Source of the DNA: Chiloscyllium plagiosum
Lineage: Eukaryota
Direction of reading: 5' to 3'
DNA: 63,585 nucleotides
NCBI RefSeq assembly: GCF_004010195.1
Contig: NC_057758.1
Coordinates: forward strand, 8,394,424-8,458,008
Position 1 is the first letter of the stretch. Each line of letters begins with the position of its first letter. Positions 49,100 to 62,479 of the stretch are shown piece after piece. The position numbers and the translations under genes are program-made. The notes beneath the pieces are model-generated. The model searched no databases. It saw only the letters and a list, made by a program, of their open reading frames with translations, and was not told the origin of the DNA.

Positions 49100-51620
49100 A
49101 CTTACACAGTATGACAGAATGGAGATAGGCCCTTTGGCTCAAACGGATCCATGCCAACCAAAATGTTCAATGTCGATAACTGATTCCCCTGCAGTAGACC
49201 TATATCCTTCTGAATCTTTCCTATCCATGAATTTGTCAAAGAGAATTTTAAACGGTGCATCACATCATTCCTTGCCATTTCTGCCACCTAAAAATGAACC
49301 CCACAGCAGAGATATTTTTCCCTCCACACCAAGTCCAATTTCCATCAAGACTTTTCCCTCCATGACTCTCCACGTCCCCTACCATTACACCCTCTCCTCC
49401 CAGCACCTTACTCTGCCACCGCAGGAATTACAAAACATCCGTCCACACCTCTGTCCAAGGCCCCTCCACTACTATCAAAGTTTTACCTACACTTCCACAT
49501 ATGTCATTGACTGTATATATTATTGCTCGTGTGGTCTCCTCGACATTGCAGAGGAAGGAACACGACTGCAGCGCGCTTCCATAACATCTGAGGGATGCCC
49601 ACACTAATGAATCCTACCATCTGGTAGCCGAAATCTTGCACTCCTCCTCCAAGTCTGCCAATGTTATGCAGCTCCATGGTTTCCTCCAAAACCACACTCT
49701 AACTAGCTGACGCGTGTTGTAAGAGCACCTCGTCTTCGGCCTTAGGACCCTCCAACAATACCGCAGCAAATGGTCTTCCCCTCCCCCATGTTATCCAAGT
49801 TTTAATCTTCCAACTTGGCACTGATCTCATATCCGTCTCACCTGCCAATCCTCCTTCCCACCTATCTGCTCCACCTCTTCTCCGACCTAACGCCATTACG
49901 CACACCTCCATCTAACTATTACACTCTCAGCTACGTTCCCCCAGCCACACCCAGCTCACTTTTTATCCACTCCCTCGAATTGCAAGCCTCATTCCTGATA
50001 AAGAGGTATTGCCCGAACCAATGATTCTCTTGCTCCTCAATGTTGCCTGACCTGCAGTGCATTTCCAGTACCAAGCTCCCGCTTTTTGAATGTTGCTAAC
50101 TTACCCGCCTCAACCACGTGCGCTGGCAGCTTATTCCATATGTGTACCACTCTCTGTCAACAATAGTCCCTCATCATGTTCGCTTTGATTCTTTCACCTC
50201 TAACCTGATGCCCTTTAATCATTTATTCGCCAACTCTGAGAAAAACACAAGTTACTCACAATATCTATGTCTCTCATGACCTTACACAACTTATTAACAC
50301 CCCCCCCCCCGCCACAGCCTCCTTCACGTTAAAGACCGAAGTCCTAGCTTGTCCAAACTGATAGCTGTAAATTTCTGCTGCACTCTTTCCTCTTTAATAA
50401 TCATCATTTCTAATGCAAGGTGACAAAAACGGATCACAATACGCCAAGTGAGTTCTCACCAACATCCTGTACAGTTGGAAAGTAGCTTCCCAACTTCAGT
50501 ACGCAAAACCCTGACAAGCGAAATCCAGCAGGTCAAAAACCTTCTTCACTTACCTTTTACCTATGTCTCCACTTTCATAGAACTGTGAATCTGAACTCGA
50601 AGTTCCCTCTGCTCTACTGCACCCCGAAAGGCCCGAACATTCATCGTGGAACTCCTACCTTAACATGATTTTTGAATATTCAATACCACACACTCACCTG
50701 TATTAAGCTCCATTTGGCATTTCTCGACCAACTTCCCCTTTTTTTCACTTTCATGTTCCATTTTCTGTTAACCTTTCTCAGTATCCCCGATACCTCCTAT
50801 TTTAATTTAATCTGCAAATTTACGAATTTCGTCTTGTACGTTATCATTCAAATCATTGACATGATCAATAAACAACAATGAACAGAGGACCAACACTTGA
50901 AGGCCTGGGGTTACAGGACTCCAACGAGTGTCCTCCTAAAATTACTGTCTGTTTCCACACCAAACTAATCGTGCGTCCCGTTTCCCAGGTCTCCCTGGAT
51001 TCGGAGCAATCTGACCTGCAAGAACAGCCTCCCAAGTGAAGCCTTTACTAAGCCCTCACTGAAATCCATAGAGATATATTTCCTTTGATATATTTAAGAA
51101 CCTCTTTCAACACACCCTAATCTTCTCAACCAAGGCAATCTAGTGCCACCTCTTAATTTCTTCATCAATATTTTTCATCAATATCCTGCATCCCTGATAT
51201 CAAGGTATTTTCTGCATCTAGCTGCCAGTACCTGAGCCATTCATCTTGTGTATTTTTCTGATCAGAGCCTCAATTGCCCTTATCAACCAGAGATCTGTAT
51301 TACTGTCAAATTTGCTTTTCATGCTCCCTGGAAAATACCGAAATTTAAATCGAACGACCTCTCTTTTAAACGACTCCCACTTGCCACAGTTGCCCTTGAC
51401 TGGAAACACACTATTCCAATTAACTTCTGCAAGTTCCTCTCTCATACCATGAAAATTCGCCTTGCCCCAGTTTCGACCTAGACCCTGTGAAACAGTTTTG
51501 TTCTTCTCCACAACTATTTTAAAATTAATAGAACGATGTCACTTGACCCAAGGTGGTCGACCACTTCCACCTCCGTCACCTGTTCTGCATTGTTTTCCCA
51601 AGTCGGGTTTTGCATCTTCC
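49100..51620 (-). mobile_element. Old CR1 interrupted by a decayed plus-strand PLE 3' half (~49260-50085, degenerate HHR at ~49992)
   Basis: CR1 NWGKANFHGMREELAEVNW; PLE FTYTSTYVIDCIYYCSCGLLDIAE (GIY-YIG-like) and attcctgataaagaggtattgcccgaacc. Confidence 0.7.
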
Positions 51621-51699
51621 TGAGCAAATATAACTGAAAAATTATTCGATACAATATTACTGGTATATAGTATGTCAGAGTGGGTGTGCAGAGCTGAGT

Positions 51700-52492
51700 A
51701 AAGTGGCCATCATCAAGCAGAAGCGGCTAGAACAATAGAATGGCCCTGAAAGTGGATAAATGACATGGATCAGATACTCTACACTCAATAGCTCGCACGG
51801 TACGACTGAAGAGATAGTGTGGTCTTTCGTGGTGATTTTTAAGCCATCTCGAGAGAGTCGTCAAGGACTCCACAATCGTAGCAACACACCCCTATTTAGA
51901 AAGGGAATAAGGCAAAACGCAAAAAGACAGTCAATTAGTCTTTTCTCGATTTTGGATACGATTCCGGATTCTACTGTGAAAGATAAGATTTCAGAATACG
52001 TGAACGTGCGTGGTAAAATAGGACAAATTCGGCATGATTTCATCAATGGGGGCTCATACCTGACAAATGTGTTGGAATTCATTCAGGATTAAACGCGCAT
52101 GTTAGCCCAAAGAGAGACCATGGCGCTTATCTGCTCGGATTTCAGCAAGTTGCCACAACAGGAGGCTACTAAGTAACTGTCCATGGTGTCAGAGACAAAG
52201 TAAAAGCATGGAGCAAAGTTTAGCTGTCTGGCCGAAAGCAGACAATGAGTATAAAATGATGTTTCTCACGATGGCAGCCAGTGATTAATGTTGTTCTGCA
52301 ACACTTGGTGTTGGGACCACACCTTTCCACTTTAAACATTAATGATTTCGATGAAGGAACTGAGGGCATTCTGGCTAAGTTTGCAGACGATATAAAGAAA
52401 GGTAGAGGATCAGGTAGTATTGAGGAGGCTGGGAGGATAAAGAATGACTTGGACATGTAACAAGAACGGGTAAAGATGTGAGCTGTGGCGTA
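51700..52492 (+). mobile_element. Old CR1 RT fragment
   Basis: HDFINGGSYLTNVLEF; ctaagtttgcagacgat (KFADD). Confidence 0.8.
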
Positions 52493-52992
52493 NNNNNNNN
52501 NNNNNNNNNNNNNNNNNNNNNNNNNNNNNNNNNNNNNNNNNNNNNNNNNNNNNNNNNNNNNNNNNNNNNNNNNNNNNNNNNNNNNNNNNNNNNNNNNNNN
52601 NNNNNNNNNNNNNNNNNNNNNNNNNNNNNNNNNNNNNNNNNNNNNNNNNNNNNNNNNNNNNNNNNNNNNNNNNNNNNNNNNNNNNNNNNNNNNNNNNNNN
52701 NNNNNNNNNNNNNNNNNNNNNNNNNNNNNNNNNNNNNNNNNNNNNNNNNNNNNNNNNNNNNNNNNNNNNNNNNNNNNNNNNNNNNNNNNNNNNNNNNNNN
52801 NNNNNNNNNNNNNNNNNNNNNNNNNNNNNNNNNNNNNNNNNNNNNNNNNNNNNNNNNNNNNNNNNNNNNNNNNNNNNNNNNNNNNNNNNNNNNNNNNNNN
52901 NNNNNNNNNNNNNNNNNNNNNNNNNNNNNNNNNNNNNNNNNNNNNNNNNNNNNNNNNNNNNNNNNNNNNNNNNNNNNNNNNNNNNNNNNNNN
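52493..52992. other. Assembly gap (500 N)
   Basis: Run of exactly 500 N. Confidence 1.
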
Positions 52993-53099
52993 ATTTCCGC
53001 GAATGGCAGTCCTTTCTTAATTGAACATCTCACTATAGTGTTTTACAGTGTTTTATACCTGTGATTTTCGTATTGTCCACATGATGTTTCTTCTGTCCA

Positions 53100-53360
53100 G
53101 GAGTACATGGTGGAACTTGGAAGCTGGCGGAATTTAAATTCAGTTAATAAGTCAGGAATTGAAAGCAAACCATCGGTGATAGTGATTCGGGAGCTATCAT
53201 GGATTGCCCTGATAAAGCCTCTGGTTTGCTAATGTCCGTCAGGTCATCCTTTCCTGATCTGGCCCACAGACGCACAGCAATTTGACTGATTATTAATGCT
53301 GTCTGAAGTGACTTGAGCAAATGACTCAGTTCCGGGGCAGTGGCATTTTTAATAAGGGAT
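53100..53360 (+). mobile_element. Old SINE (SacSINE1/DeuSINE-like)
   Basis: ctggtttgctaatgtcc...ctggccc...cacagcaat...actcagtt resembles the recalled consensus. Confidence 0.5.
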
Positions 53361-53369
53361 AGCATTTCA

Positions 53370-55500
53370 GCTGTACATAGGAAGGATATTCCTGGAAATA
53401 CATCCAGGTAGGTTATTTGGGTTAAACTGGGAAATAAGAAAGGGATGATCACCTTATTGGGATTGTATTATAGACCTCTAATAGTAAGTGGAAAATTGAG
53501 AAACACATTCGTAAGAATATTTCAGTTATCCATAAGAATAATAGGGCGGTTATGATGAGGGGCATTTTCTTTCCAAAAATAGACTGGGGCTGTGATAGTC
53601 TAAAGTGTTTAGATGGACAAAGATTGTTAAGAGTGTACGCGAATTTTTTCTGAGTCAGGATGTGAATGTACCTCGTAGAGAAGTGCAAACATTTACCTGC
53701 TCTTGGGGAATAAAGAACGGCAGGTGACGGAGGTGTCAGTGGGGGAATAATTTAGGGCCAGTGACCGGAATCCTATTACTTTTAAAATAGTGATGGGAAA
53801 GGAGAGACAGATCTAACAGTTGAAACCCTCAATTTCAGGAAGGCTAATTTTGGCAGTATTAGATAAGAACTTCCAAAAGCTGATTGGGAGCAGATGTTCG
53901 CAGTTAATGGGACGGCTGATAAATGGCAAGCCTTTATAAATGAACGGAAACTCTGGTAGGTGTAGGGAATTTTGGATGACTAAGGATTTTGAGGGTTTGG
54001 TCAATAACAAGAAGAAAGCATATATCATTTATAGACAGGAGAGATCGAGTGAATCATTAGAAGTGTATGAAGACATGAGGAGAATCCTTAAGAGGGAAAT
54101 CAGGAAGGCAAAAAGGGAACATGAGATACCTTTGGCAAAAACAGTTATGGAGAATCCAAAGTATTTTCACAAATACATTAAGGACAAAAAAGAAACGATG
54201 GACAGAATAGGGCCCCTCAATATCAGTAAGGCGGTCTTCGTGTGGAGCCACAGGAGATGGGGGAGATACTAAACGAATATTTGGCGTCAGTGTTTACTGT
54301 AGAGAAGAACATGGAAGATATGAAATGTGGGGAAATGGATGATGATATCTCGAAAAATGTCCACATTACAGAGGAGGAAATGCTACATGTCTTATAACGC
54401 ATAAAAGTGGACAAATTCCCACGACCTGGTCACGTCCCTCGTGATCTTTGGGAAGCTAGGGAAGTGATTGCTGAGTCTCTTACTGAGATGCTTGTATCAT
54501 CGATAGTCACAAGTGAGGTGCCACAAGACTAGAGGTTGGCTAACGTGATACCATTATTTAAGAAAGGTGGTTAGAACAAATCAGGGAATTATAGACCAGT
54601 AGCCCTACATTGGTGGTGAGCAAGTTGTTGGAGCGAATCATGACGGACTGGATTTACTTATGGTTGGATAGACAAGGACTGATTAAGGACAGTCAACATG
54701 GTTTTGAGCAAGGGAAATCATGCCTCACGGACTTGATTGAGGTTATTTTGAAAAGGTAACAAAGAGGTTTGATGAGGGAAGAGCGGTGAACGTGACCAAT
54801 ATCATTAGAAAGGCGTTCGACACGGTTCCCATGGGAGGATGGTTAGCAAAGTTTCATCTCATGGAATACAGGAAGAACTAGCCATTTGGTACAGAACTGT
54901 CTCGAAGGTAGAAGACAGAGGGTGGTGGTGGAGGGTTGTTTTTCTGACTGAACGTCTGTGACCAGTGGAGTGCCACAAATACGGTGCTGGGTCCACTACT
55001 TTTCGTCATTTGCATAAATGACTTGGATATGAACATAAAAGGTATATTGGTAATTTTGTAGATGACATCAAAATTGGAGGTAGTGTGGACAGCGACGATG
55101 CTTACCCCAGATTACAGCGGGATCTTGACCAGATGGGCCAGTTGGCTGAGGAGTGGCAAATGGAGTTTAATTTAGTTAAATACGAGGTGCTAGTCCAGAA
55201 CTAGAGAACATAATTTTAGGGTGAAATGGGAATTGTGCAGAAGGAACCTAAGGAGCAACATTTTTCATGCAGAGGGGTGTGTGTGTGTGTGTGTGTATGG
55301 AATGAGCTGGCAGAGGAATTGTTTGATGCTGGTTCAGTTGCAACATTAGAAAGGCATGTGGATGGGCATATGAATAGGAAGGGTTGGAGGGATATGGGCC
55401 GAGTGCTGCCAGGTGGGCCTAGCTTGGGTTGGGATATCTGGTCAGCATGGGCGAGTTGGACTGAAGGGTCTATTTCCATGCTGTACATCTCTATGACTTG
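53370..55500 (+). mobile_element. CR1 LINE ORF2 with an internal deletion at ~55190
   Basis: Colinear with 9198-10845 but jumps from gaggtgc directly to agtccagaactagag, skipping ~470 bp. Confidence 0.92.
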
Positions 55501-56679
55501 ATGACAACCAAGTCATTGACATAAATGACAAAACGTATTGGATCGAACACTGGTTTATTTGTTTTTAGCTGAAATCCTTAGATGTGAATCAATAAACAAC
55601 AGTTTAGAGATTGTATTATCCTGTACCATTTTCCAGACTTTTTAAAGAATTTTCATGCCTGAACACTTAGAACAACCGAACAGTTTCACTGCCAGGTCTC
55701 AAGGGTGGAGCAAGGCAGAAGGATTGGAAACAAAATTCCAATAGGGTGGCCTCCGGTGCGGGAGAGGAGAGAAAGGACATTCCTCTGAAGGCACAGATCC
55801 AATGTCTTCCCCAAATCTCATTTTTGTTCATTCATGGGACTTGGGTGGAGCTGGCCGGTCTCCCGTCTCTTGTTGCCCCTCTTGAGAAGGTTGGGTGGGG
55901 GTAGTGGTGCGCTGTTCCTTGACCCTCTACAGACTGTGTCGTGTAGGCAGACCCACAATAAACTATGAAGCAGGGAATTCCAGGACTTTGACTCAGAGAC
56001 ACTGAAGGAATGGTTGCGATCAGTGGTACGTCAGTCCTCTTCAGTGATGAAAACAAGTTGAGGAATACACTGAGATCAAACGGGCACATAAGAAGCTCTG
56101 GGTGTGACACTTCAATGTTCATCACATAAAGAATCTCCACAGGAAAATCACTGAATGAGCAGGCTGAGAGATAAAAGACAGAACATTTTGACTACGGAAT
56201 TGATTAGTGCGTCAACAAATGAAAGCATCTTAAATGAACTGAATCTGAACCACCCGACCTATCACAGATGGATCTGTCCGCAATGGTATTTCTAGGAAAG
56301 TCCAGTGCACAGGCATGACACACATCATAAAGATGCCTTCTATTGTGTTATGTGGCACTACTGCTGGCAAAGTTTGAGGTACCTCTCAAGAATCCAGTAA
56401 CTCAAAACTGAACATCTATGACGTAACTGTGCGTCATCAGCAGCAGCAGAACTGTTGCCAACAATTCATATTTAGCAGAGAAATATGGATGATTTTCTTC
56501 TATCAGAGGATGCATCTAGAATTCTTCACTTCAGTGTCTGTCCAAGTTTTGCTATTACCTGCATTCGTAGAGGCTTTATTTTAAATGAACAAGTGAATCA
56601 AGAGTCACGGGAAAAAGGTGGGAAAGTGAACCTGAGGATTATTAGCTAAGTCATGATTTTGTTTTTTTTTTTGGAGAGT

Positions 56680-58310
56680 GGTGCGTGTATATAATGAGCA
56701 GCCAGAGGAAGTGGTGGAGGCTGGTACAATTAATGCAGTTAAAAGGCATCTGGATAGGGACATTAATAGGAAGAGTTTAGAGGGATGTGTGCCAAATGCT
56801 GAAAATTAGACGTAGATGTATTTAGAATATCTTGTCGGCATGAATGAAAGGTGTTTTTCCATGTTAGAAATGTCGATGATTGTAGCAGATCTACCAGGAA
56901 ATGAAGGCTTAAAGGACCAGAATAATATGTGAAAGATTCTAATAATGTCAGGGTCAAGCATTCTTATACTGGTCTAGAAAGATCGAATTCATAAGCAAAA
57001 CGTTTCTGTGAGACTGGGCTGGGCTTTTCCATCTAATGTCTTTGTGCTGTTAATCCTCTTGGCCGCAGGATGGTGTGCTGATTCTCCCTAGGGTTCTGTA
57101 CCTGCCAGTGTCGCATGTCTTCTCATCATTTCTATCTTTCACAAAGTTACTGCGAGAGGTTTTTCACAGGTGAATGTGTCACTTTGAAAGTGGGATGCCT
57201 TTGAAAATGGGATGAGAAGAGTCCAGAGACAGTGCATTCTTAACAGAGTGAATGGCAAGGCTGGCAGGTGGAAGGAATGCTGGAAGACTAGAGAAATTGA
57301 GGCTCTGGTCAAGAAAAAGAAGGAGGCGTTTGTCAATTATAGACAGCTGGGTGTGATTGAATCCAAAAGGAGTATAACTGGAATCATAGGATTTCGAGTG
57401 GAAAATCAGGAGGTATAACGGAGACATGGGGTAACTTTTTTGGATATGGTTAAGGCGAATCAAAAGAGATTACACAAATACGTTAAGGACAAAAGAGTGA
57501 CGAGGGAGAGAAGAGCCGTCTCCCCCTACATTCCCATCCCCCAAAAGGTCAACAAGTCCAAGTGGTATGTGGGGAACTTATAGAGACAGGCGAGATATTA
57601 AAAAGTGTTCCACATCAGTATTTCTTGTTAAGAAGGAAATGAAAGCAAAATAACTTGGAGAAATGTATAGTCATATCTCGAAAAGGGTCCATTTTACCGA
57701 GAAGTAGGTGCTGGACATCTTAAAATGAATAAAGCGGGCTAAAGCCTCGGGACATGATCAGATGAATGCCAAAAAATTGTCGGAAATTAGAGAATGATTG
57801 TTGTACCATTTGCTGAGGTATTTATAACATCGATCACCACAGGTGAGGCGCTGGAAGACTGCAGATTTGCTAACGAAATGTCAATACTTCAAAAAGTTGG
57901 TAAGGAAAAAGCAGGAAAAGAGAGACCAGTGAGCCTGATGTCAGTGCTAGGTAAGTTGTTGGAAAGAATCCTTTGGTACAGAATGTACATGTATTTAGAT
58001 AGACATGGACTAATTAGGAGCAGTCCACGTGGTCGTTGTGCATGCGAAATCATGTCTCATGACTTGATTAAATTTTTGAAGAAGTGTCAAACAAGATTGA
58101 TAAAGGCGGAGCAAGTCATATTGTCCAAATGGACTACAGCAATGTTTTCGATAAGGCTCTGCATGGTAGACCGGATAGCAAGGTTTGATCACATGGAATC
58201 CAGGAGGGCGAAATTTTTGGATATATATTGCCTTGACAGTGGCAGATAGGGTGGTGGTGGAAGGTTCTATTTCAGACTGGAAGCCTGAGACAAGCGGAAT
58301 GCCATATTAA
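56680..58310 (+). mobile_element. CR1 fragments (3' end at 56680-56880; ORF2 at 57140-58310)
   Basis: REIEALVKKKKEAF; RPVSLMSVLGKLLERIL. Confidence 0.85.
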
Positions 58311-58349
58311 CCCTGACTTATTACCACAGGTGCTGTCAGACCTGATGAG

Positions 58350-58662
58350 ATTAGATTAGATTAAATGCAGTGTGGAGACAGGCCGTTCAGCCCAACTAGT
58401 CCACGCCGACCCGCTGAAGAGCAACCCACCCACACCCATTCACCTGCCTTTAACCTGACTAATGCATCTTACACTACGGGCAATTTAGCATGTCCAATTC
58501 ACCTAAACTGCACTTTTTTGGGGAATGTGGGAGGAAATCGTGGCACCCGGAGGACACCCACGCTGACATGAAAACTCAAAACAAACAGTTGCCTGAGGTG
58601 CATTGAACCCGACTCCCTGGTGCTGTGAGGCATCAGTGCTAACCACTGTGCCACCGTGCCGC
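58350..58662 (-). mobile_element. HE1/V-SINE-type SINE
   Basis: Reverse complement ggcacggtggcacagtggttagcactgatgcctcacagcaccagg; (TAATC)n tail. Confidence 0.9.
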
Positions 58663-58849
58663 ACAACTTCATCTTTCCAGCGGTTTTTGTTTGTGTTGTT
58701 GGCAAAGGGGCTGAATGAATTGAGGATATCTGGGAAAGAGCAAGTTGGACACAGAAGTCTCCGTTTCCATGCCAAAAAATTATATACCTTTGTACTTTTA
58801 TGACTCATTGTTAGTCCTCCAGTTTAGATTATGCAAAAGGCGCCGATGT

Positions 58850-59310
58850 GATTGATTGATTGATTGTCACATCGACAGAAGTTAACCGAAAGGTTTTTAT
58901 TTATGAGCAGTACAGACAGATGACAATAAGGGAGGATGTACAGCTCAAGGACAACTACAGAGAGTCACATAGATGACATTATACATTTCGCACACATTCG
59001 GCCAGCACAACGTTTAAATGATCATCATTATTTAAGGCTAGGGAGTGCATTCATCAGTGTAATACAGCCAGGAAAACGTTGTTCCGAAAACTGCTGGTGT
59101 GTTTGTGTGTGCGTGTGTGTAAAAGTGTGCATGTGTGCGCGCGTGTGTGTGTGTATGTATGTGTGTGTGTGAGAGAGAGAGAGGGAGAAAGAGAGTGCGT
59201 GTGTTCAGGTCTCTATATCTTCTGCCTAACTGAAGAGACTGGAGGAGGTGATTACTTTGGTGCAATTTGTCTTTGATGATGTTGGCAGCATTTCCATGGA
59301 TGGATCACAG
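58850..59310 (-). mobile_element. Rex1/L2-group LINE 3' end split by a (GT)/(GA) microsatellite
   Basis: LQLGRRYRDLNTRT resembles the LPSGRRYRSLxTRT C-terminal motif. Confidence 0.55.
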
Positions 59311-60257
59311 ATTTCCTTGAGGCTGTAGTCTGAATACCCCACTTTCTGTACCTTCATACTGTCCAAAACTAGGAGGGAGCACTTTGGAATCACGATAGTC
59401 TGAATGACCGGAGATGGAGAATTAAAACACAGGAAGACGCTGAGGTTGCAGGGAATTTCATATGCCCTGGCCCCTCTTTTCAGAGGTACCACAAACTGCA
59501 CCTATGTTTGAAGACTCCATAGGATTATGAGAATAAAAGCTTTTATTTTACCATCCACTGCCTCGGCCCTGCTGTCACTGTAATCAATTTGTGCAGAGAC
59601 TTTAATCATTGAAAAATACACGTATATGTTTGTTACTTTTAAAATGTCGAGTCCATTGTATGGTAGTTCCACTTTATCATCCAGTGCTCCATCGGTCAAT
59701 TTTCGAAACAGCTGCTTTTGTAAACCAGATAGATCATTGAAGAAGGGGTTGAATTCGTGAACAAGAAAACGAGCAGATGTGATAACTACAACGTAGGGTC
59801 CACACATTTCAAACAAAGCGGCATTGCTCCCACTTGTGTACATGTGAAAAACTCATGGAGCTAAATTTTACATATTACGAAAGCAAAGGTGGGAGTGGGG
59901 AACCATCCTTCTACATCCTGTCCCATGTGAATCCGGAAACATAACTGAGAGAAAATGCGGCTATAATAAATTTCTTCAAAAGAGAGTTGAATTAGCAGCT
60001 ATGCGGTAAAGTTCAGTAGAAAAATATGAAAGTGGGTGAATGACCTCAACTGAGTGAAACCGGCAGAGAGCTGCGAATGACAGTACACGCTGAATAGTCA
60101 CTTGCTGGGCTACGACTATCTTAATGGGTTTACCTTGGGGTTCTGATTTGTTTAACTGGATTCGTTAGGTCCAGCAGTAGAACAGTGCAAACAATTAATC
60201 TTGAACGCATATTGTAGTTTAGCAGTTACCAAGTGTGAATACATTTTTGAGGAGAAA

Positions 60258-60816
60258 AATATATTGGGGAGACAGGCCGCCTACTTGCGGAGCGATTCAG
60301 AGAGCACCTCTGGGCCACCCGGACGAACCAACCCAACCAACCTGTGGCACAGCATTTCAACTCCCCCTCCCACTCCACCGAGGATATGCAGGTCATTGGA
60401 CTCATCCACCGCCAAACCACAACAACCCGACGGTCGGAGGAGGAGCGTCTTATCTTCCGACTGGGAACCCTCCAACCGCAGGGGATGAACTTGGACTTCA
60501 CCAGTTTCTTCATCCCCCCTCCCCCCACCTGGCTCAGCCGAATCCCTCCAGCCCGGCACCACCTTCCTGACCTGCAGTCTTCTTCTTGACCTCTCCGCCT
60601 CCATCCTACTCCGACCTATCACCCCCACCTTGACCTCTTTCCACCTATCACATTTCCAACGCCCCTCCTCCAAGTCCCTCCTCCCTACCTTTTATCTTCT
60701 CCTGCTGAACACTCTCTGCCCATTCCTGAAGAAGGGCCTGTGCCCGAAACGTCGAATCTCCTGTTCCCTGGATGCTGCCTGACCTGCTGTGCTGTTCCAG
60801 CAATAAAGTTTCAACT
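60258..60816 (+). mobile_element. Young PLE 3' end (GIY-YIG C-terminal half, 3' region, HHR)
   Basis: YIGETGRLLAERFREHLWA...VAQHFNSPSHS...RLIFRLGTLQPQGMN. Confidence 0.92.
60722..60757 (+). ncRNA. Minimal type I hammerhead ribozyme motif, family A (best-preserved copy)
   Basis: ATTC-CTGAAGA-A-GGGC-ctgt-GCCC-GAAAC-GTC-GAAT: stem I ATTC/GAAT, stem II GGGC/GCCC, complete catalytic core, palindromic ACGT in place of stem III; predicted cleavage after 60753. Confidence 0.82.
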
Positions 60817-60896
60817 TTGATCCCTGCGGTACCCCACTGGCCACTGCCTGCCATTCCGAAATGGAGCCGTTTATCACTACTCTTTGTTTCCTCTGT

Positions 60897-61011
60897 TCGG
60901 ACAAAAGCTCTTCATCAGATTTCTGATGAAGGGCGTTTGCCAGAAACGTCGATTTTCCTGCTCCTCCATGCTGCCTGACCCGCTGTGCTTTTCCAGCACC
61001 ACACTCTCGAC
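60897..61011 (+). mobile_element. Family A element with a short inverted HHR head
   Basis: ttcggacaaaagctcttcatcaga-tt-tctgatgaagggcgtttgccagaaacgtc followed by the family tail. Confidence 0.8.
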
Positions 61012-61177
61012 GTGAAACTGATCAGACCTGGCCATTTCGAGTGTTTCATGCTCTAACTAACTCTCAAAACCCTGTGTTTTTCATCAACAGGAGATGTCAA
61101 GCATGTTGTAATCTGTTTACTCAAAATTTACCAAATGAAAAAAAACACTTCATTGTCCCGATGGATGCCCCTGAAAG

Positions 61178-61184
61178 TATAAAA
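61178..61184 (+). promoter_or_regulatory. Candidate TATA box of GPCR gene 2
   Basis: TATAAAA 91 nt upstream of the ATG at 61269. Confidence 0.45.
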
Positions 61185-61268
61185 TGAATGCACTGGTTTG
61201 GAACATTTCAGAGTTGAACTTGGAAAATTGTCTGCAGTACAAAACAACATAACACTTTCACAAAGATA

Positions 61269-61335
61269 ATGCATAGAACTGAAAGAGCTGTCAGGAAAAT
61301 ATTTTATGCGATCCTTACTATAATTGGCATTCCTG
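61269..61335 (+). CDS. First coding exon of a second GPR139-like gene (exon 2 not in this window)
   Basis: MHRTERAVRKIFYAILTIIGIP ends G|GTAAGT; same phase and similar length and motif to exon 42436-42505. Confidence 0.75.
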
Positions 61336-61597
61336 GTAAGTGTTTTTCAGGCTTGAAATTGATTAATCCTGTATATGCTTTGGTTTTTGATATGCACACT
61401 GACTTCATATAGCATCTGATGGTTATTCTAATACTGACACCATAATATTATTACTCGTACCAAAATTTCATTTTTATCTGTACAATGCTACTGTTTTTTG
61501 CTGAAAATGCATGTTAGTTTAATTCTTTCTCCCGCACAGAGATGTGAGTCTACGAATGTGTGTGCCAGTGTGTGTGTGTGTGTGTCTGTCTGTGTGT

Positions 61598-61633
<36 letters not shown>

Positions 61634-62479
61634 TGTCCTGTTATGCTTGAGAAAGGAAAGGGGAAAATCCTGATAGTAGGTTTTGTTGGAGATTATCAAT
61701 GTTAGATTGTACTGTGCGCTATGAAAAATAGACAACCACATGTTATGGCACTTGCTTTTTGTTACTGAGATAAATTATGCGTTAACTTTGCTCTTGTGTG
61801 GGTGATTGCATTCAGTTTCACACGTCATTTGCTTTGAATCTAATTAGATGCAGTGATTTATTGACAGCACTTTCTCATCTTGATTAATCTTCTTTCTTGT
61901 GCACAATATAAATAGAATCGGATGTCACATGTCCGGCTTAAATAAAGAATTTATATCAAGATGCAGAGATAAACACAGATGATTAACATTTTTAATACAC
62001 ATCGTGGGAACATAACAGGATATAAACTAGATAATGATATTTTCTGAGCCTTAATCAATTTCACATCACTTACCCCGATGTCTCCATATGGTTCCATGGC
62101 CGTCTCCCTCGCTTTTCTCATCGTTGCCTATCTCTAATTCTTCCAGCAATTTCAAAGGGAACTCTCATCACTCAGGAGTAAATCAAGCTATTTTCTCTTT
62201 TGGGTGTTTCATTATTTTTATGGATTTAGTGTGTACTGCGGCATGAAGGCAGAATATAGCACTCCCACAATTCTCCACCTTCCGTTTTCAAAGCACATTA
62301 TCGCTTAAACGTATCTCTTGAACATTGCACAAAGTTCCCAAAGTACAGAATAATGGTAACGCCTGTTCACTGTTCACCAATTAATATTTCCTTCCTGTTA
62401 TGGAATTATGCATGTACAGGAGAAGTACACCCATCAATGCATCATAATTGTATGTTCTGCTGCTTTGAAGATCACAAAT

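Noticed and set aside
59310..59880. 113-aa ORF 59502-59843 and adjacent FNSPS/LQPQG-like strings
   Set aside because: Probably a very old PLE C-terminal remnant rather than a host gene; too decayed to call.
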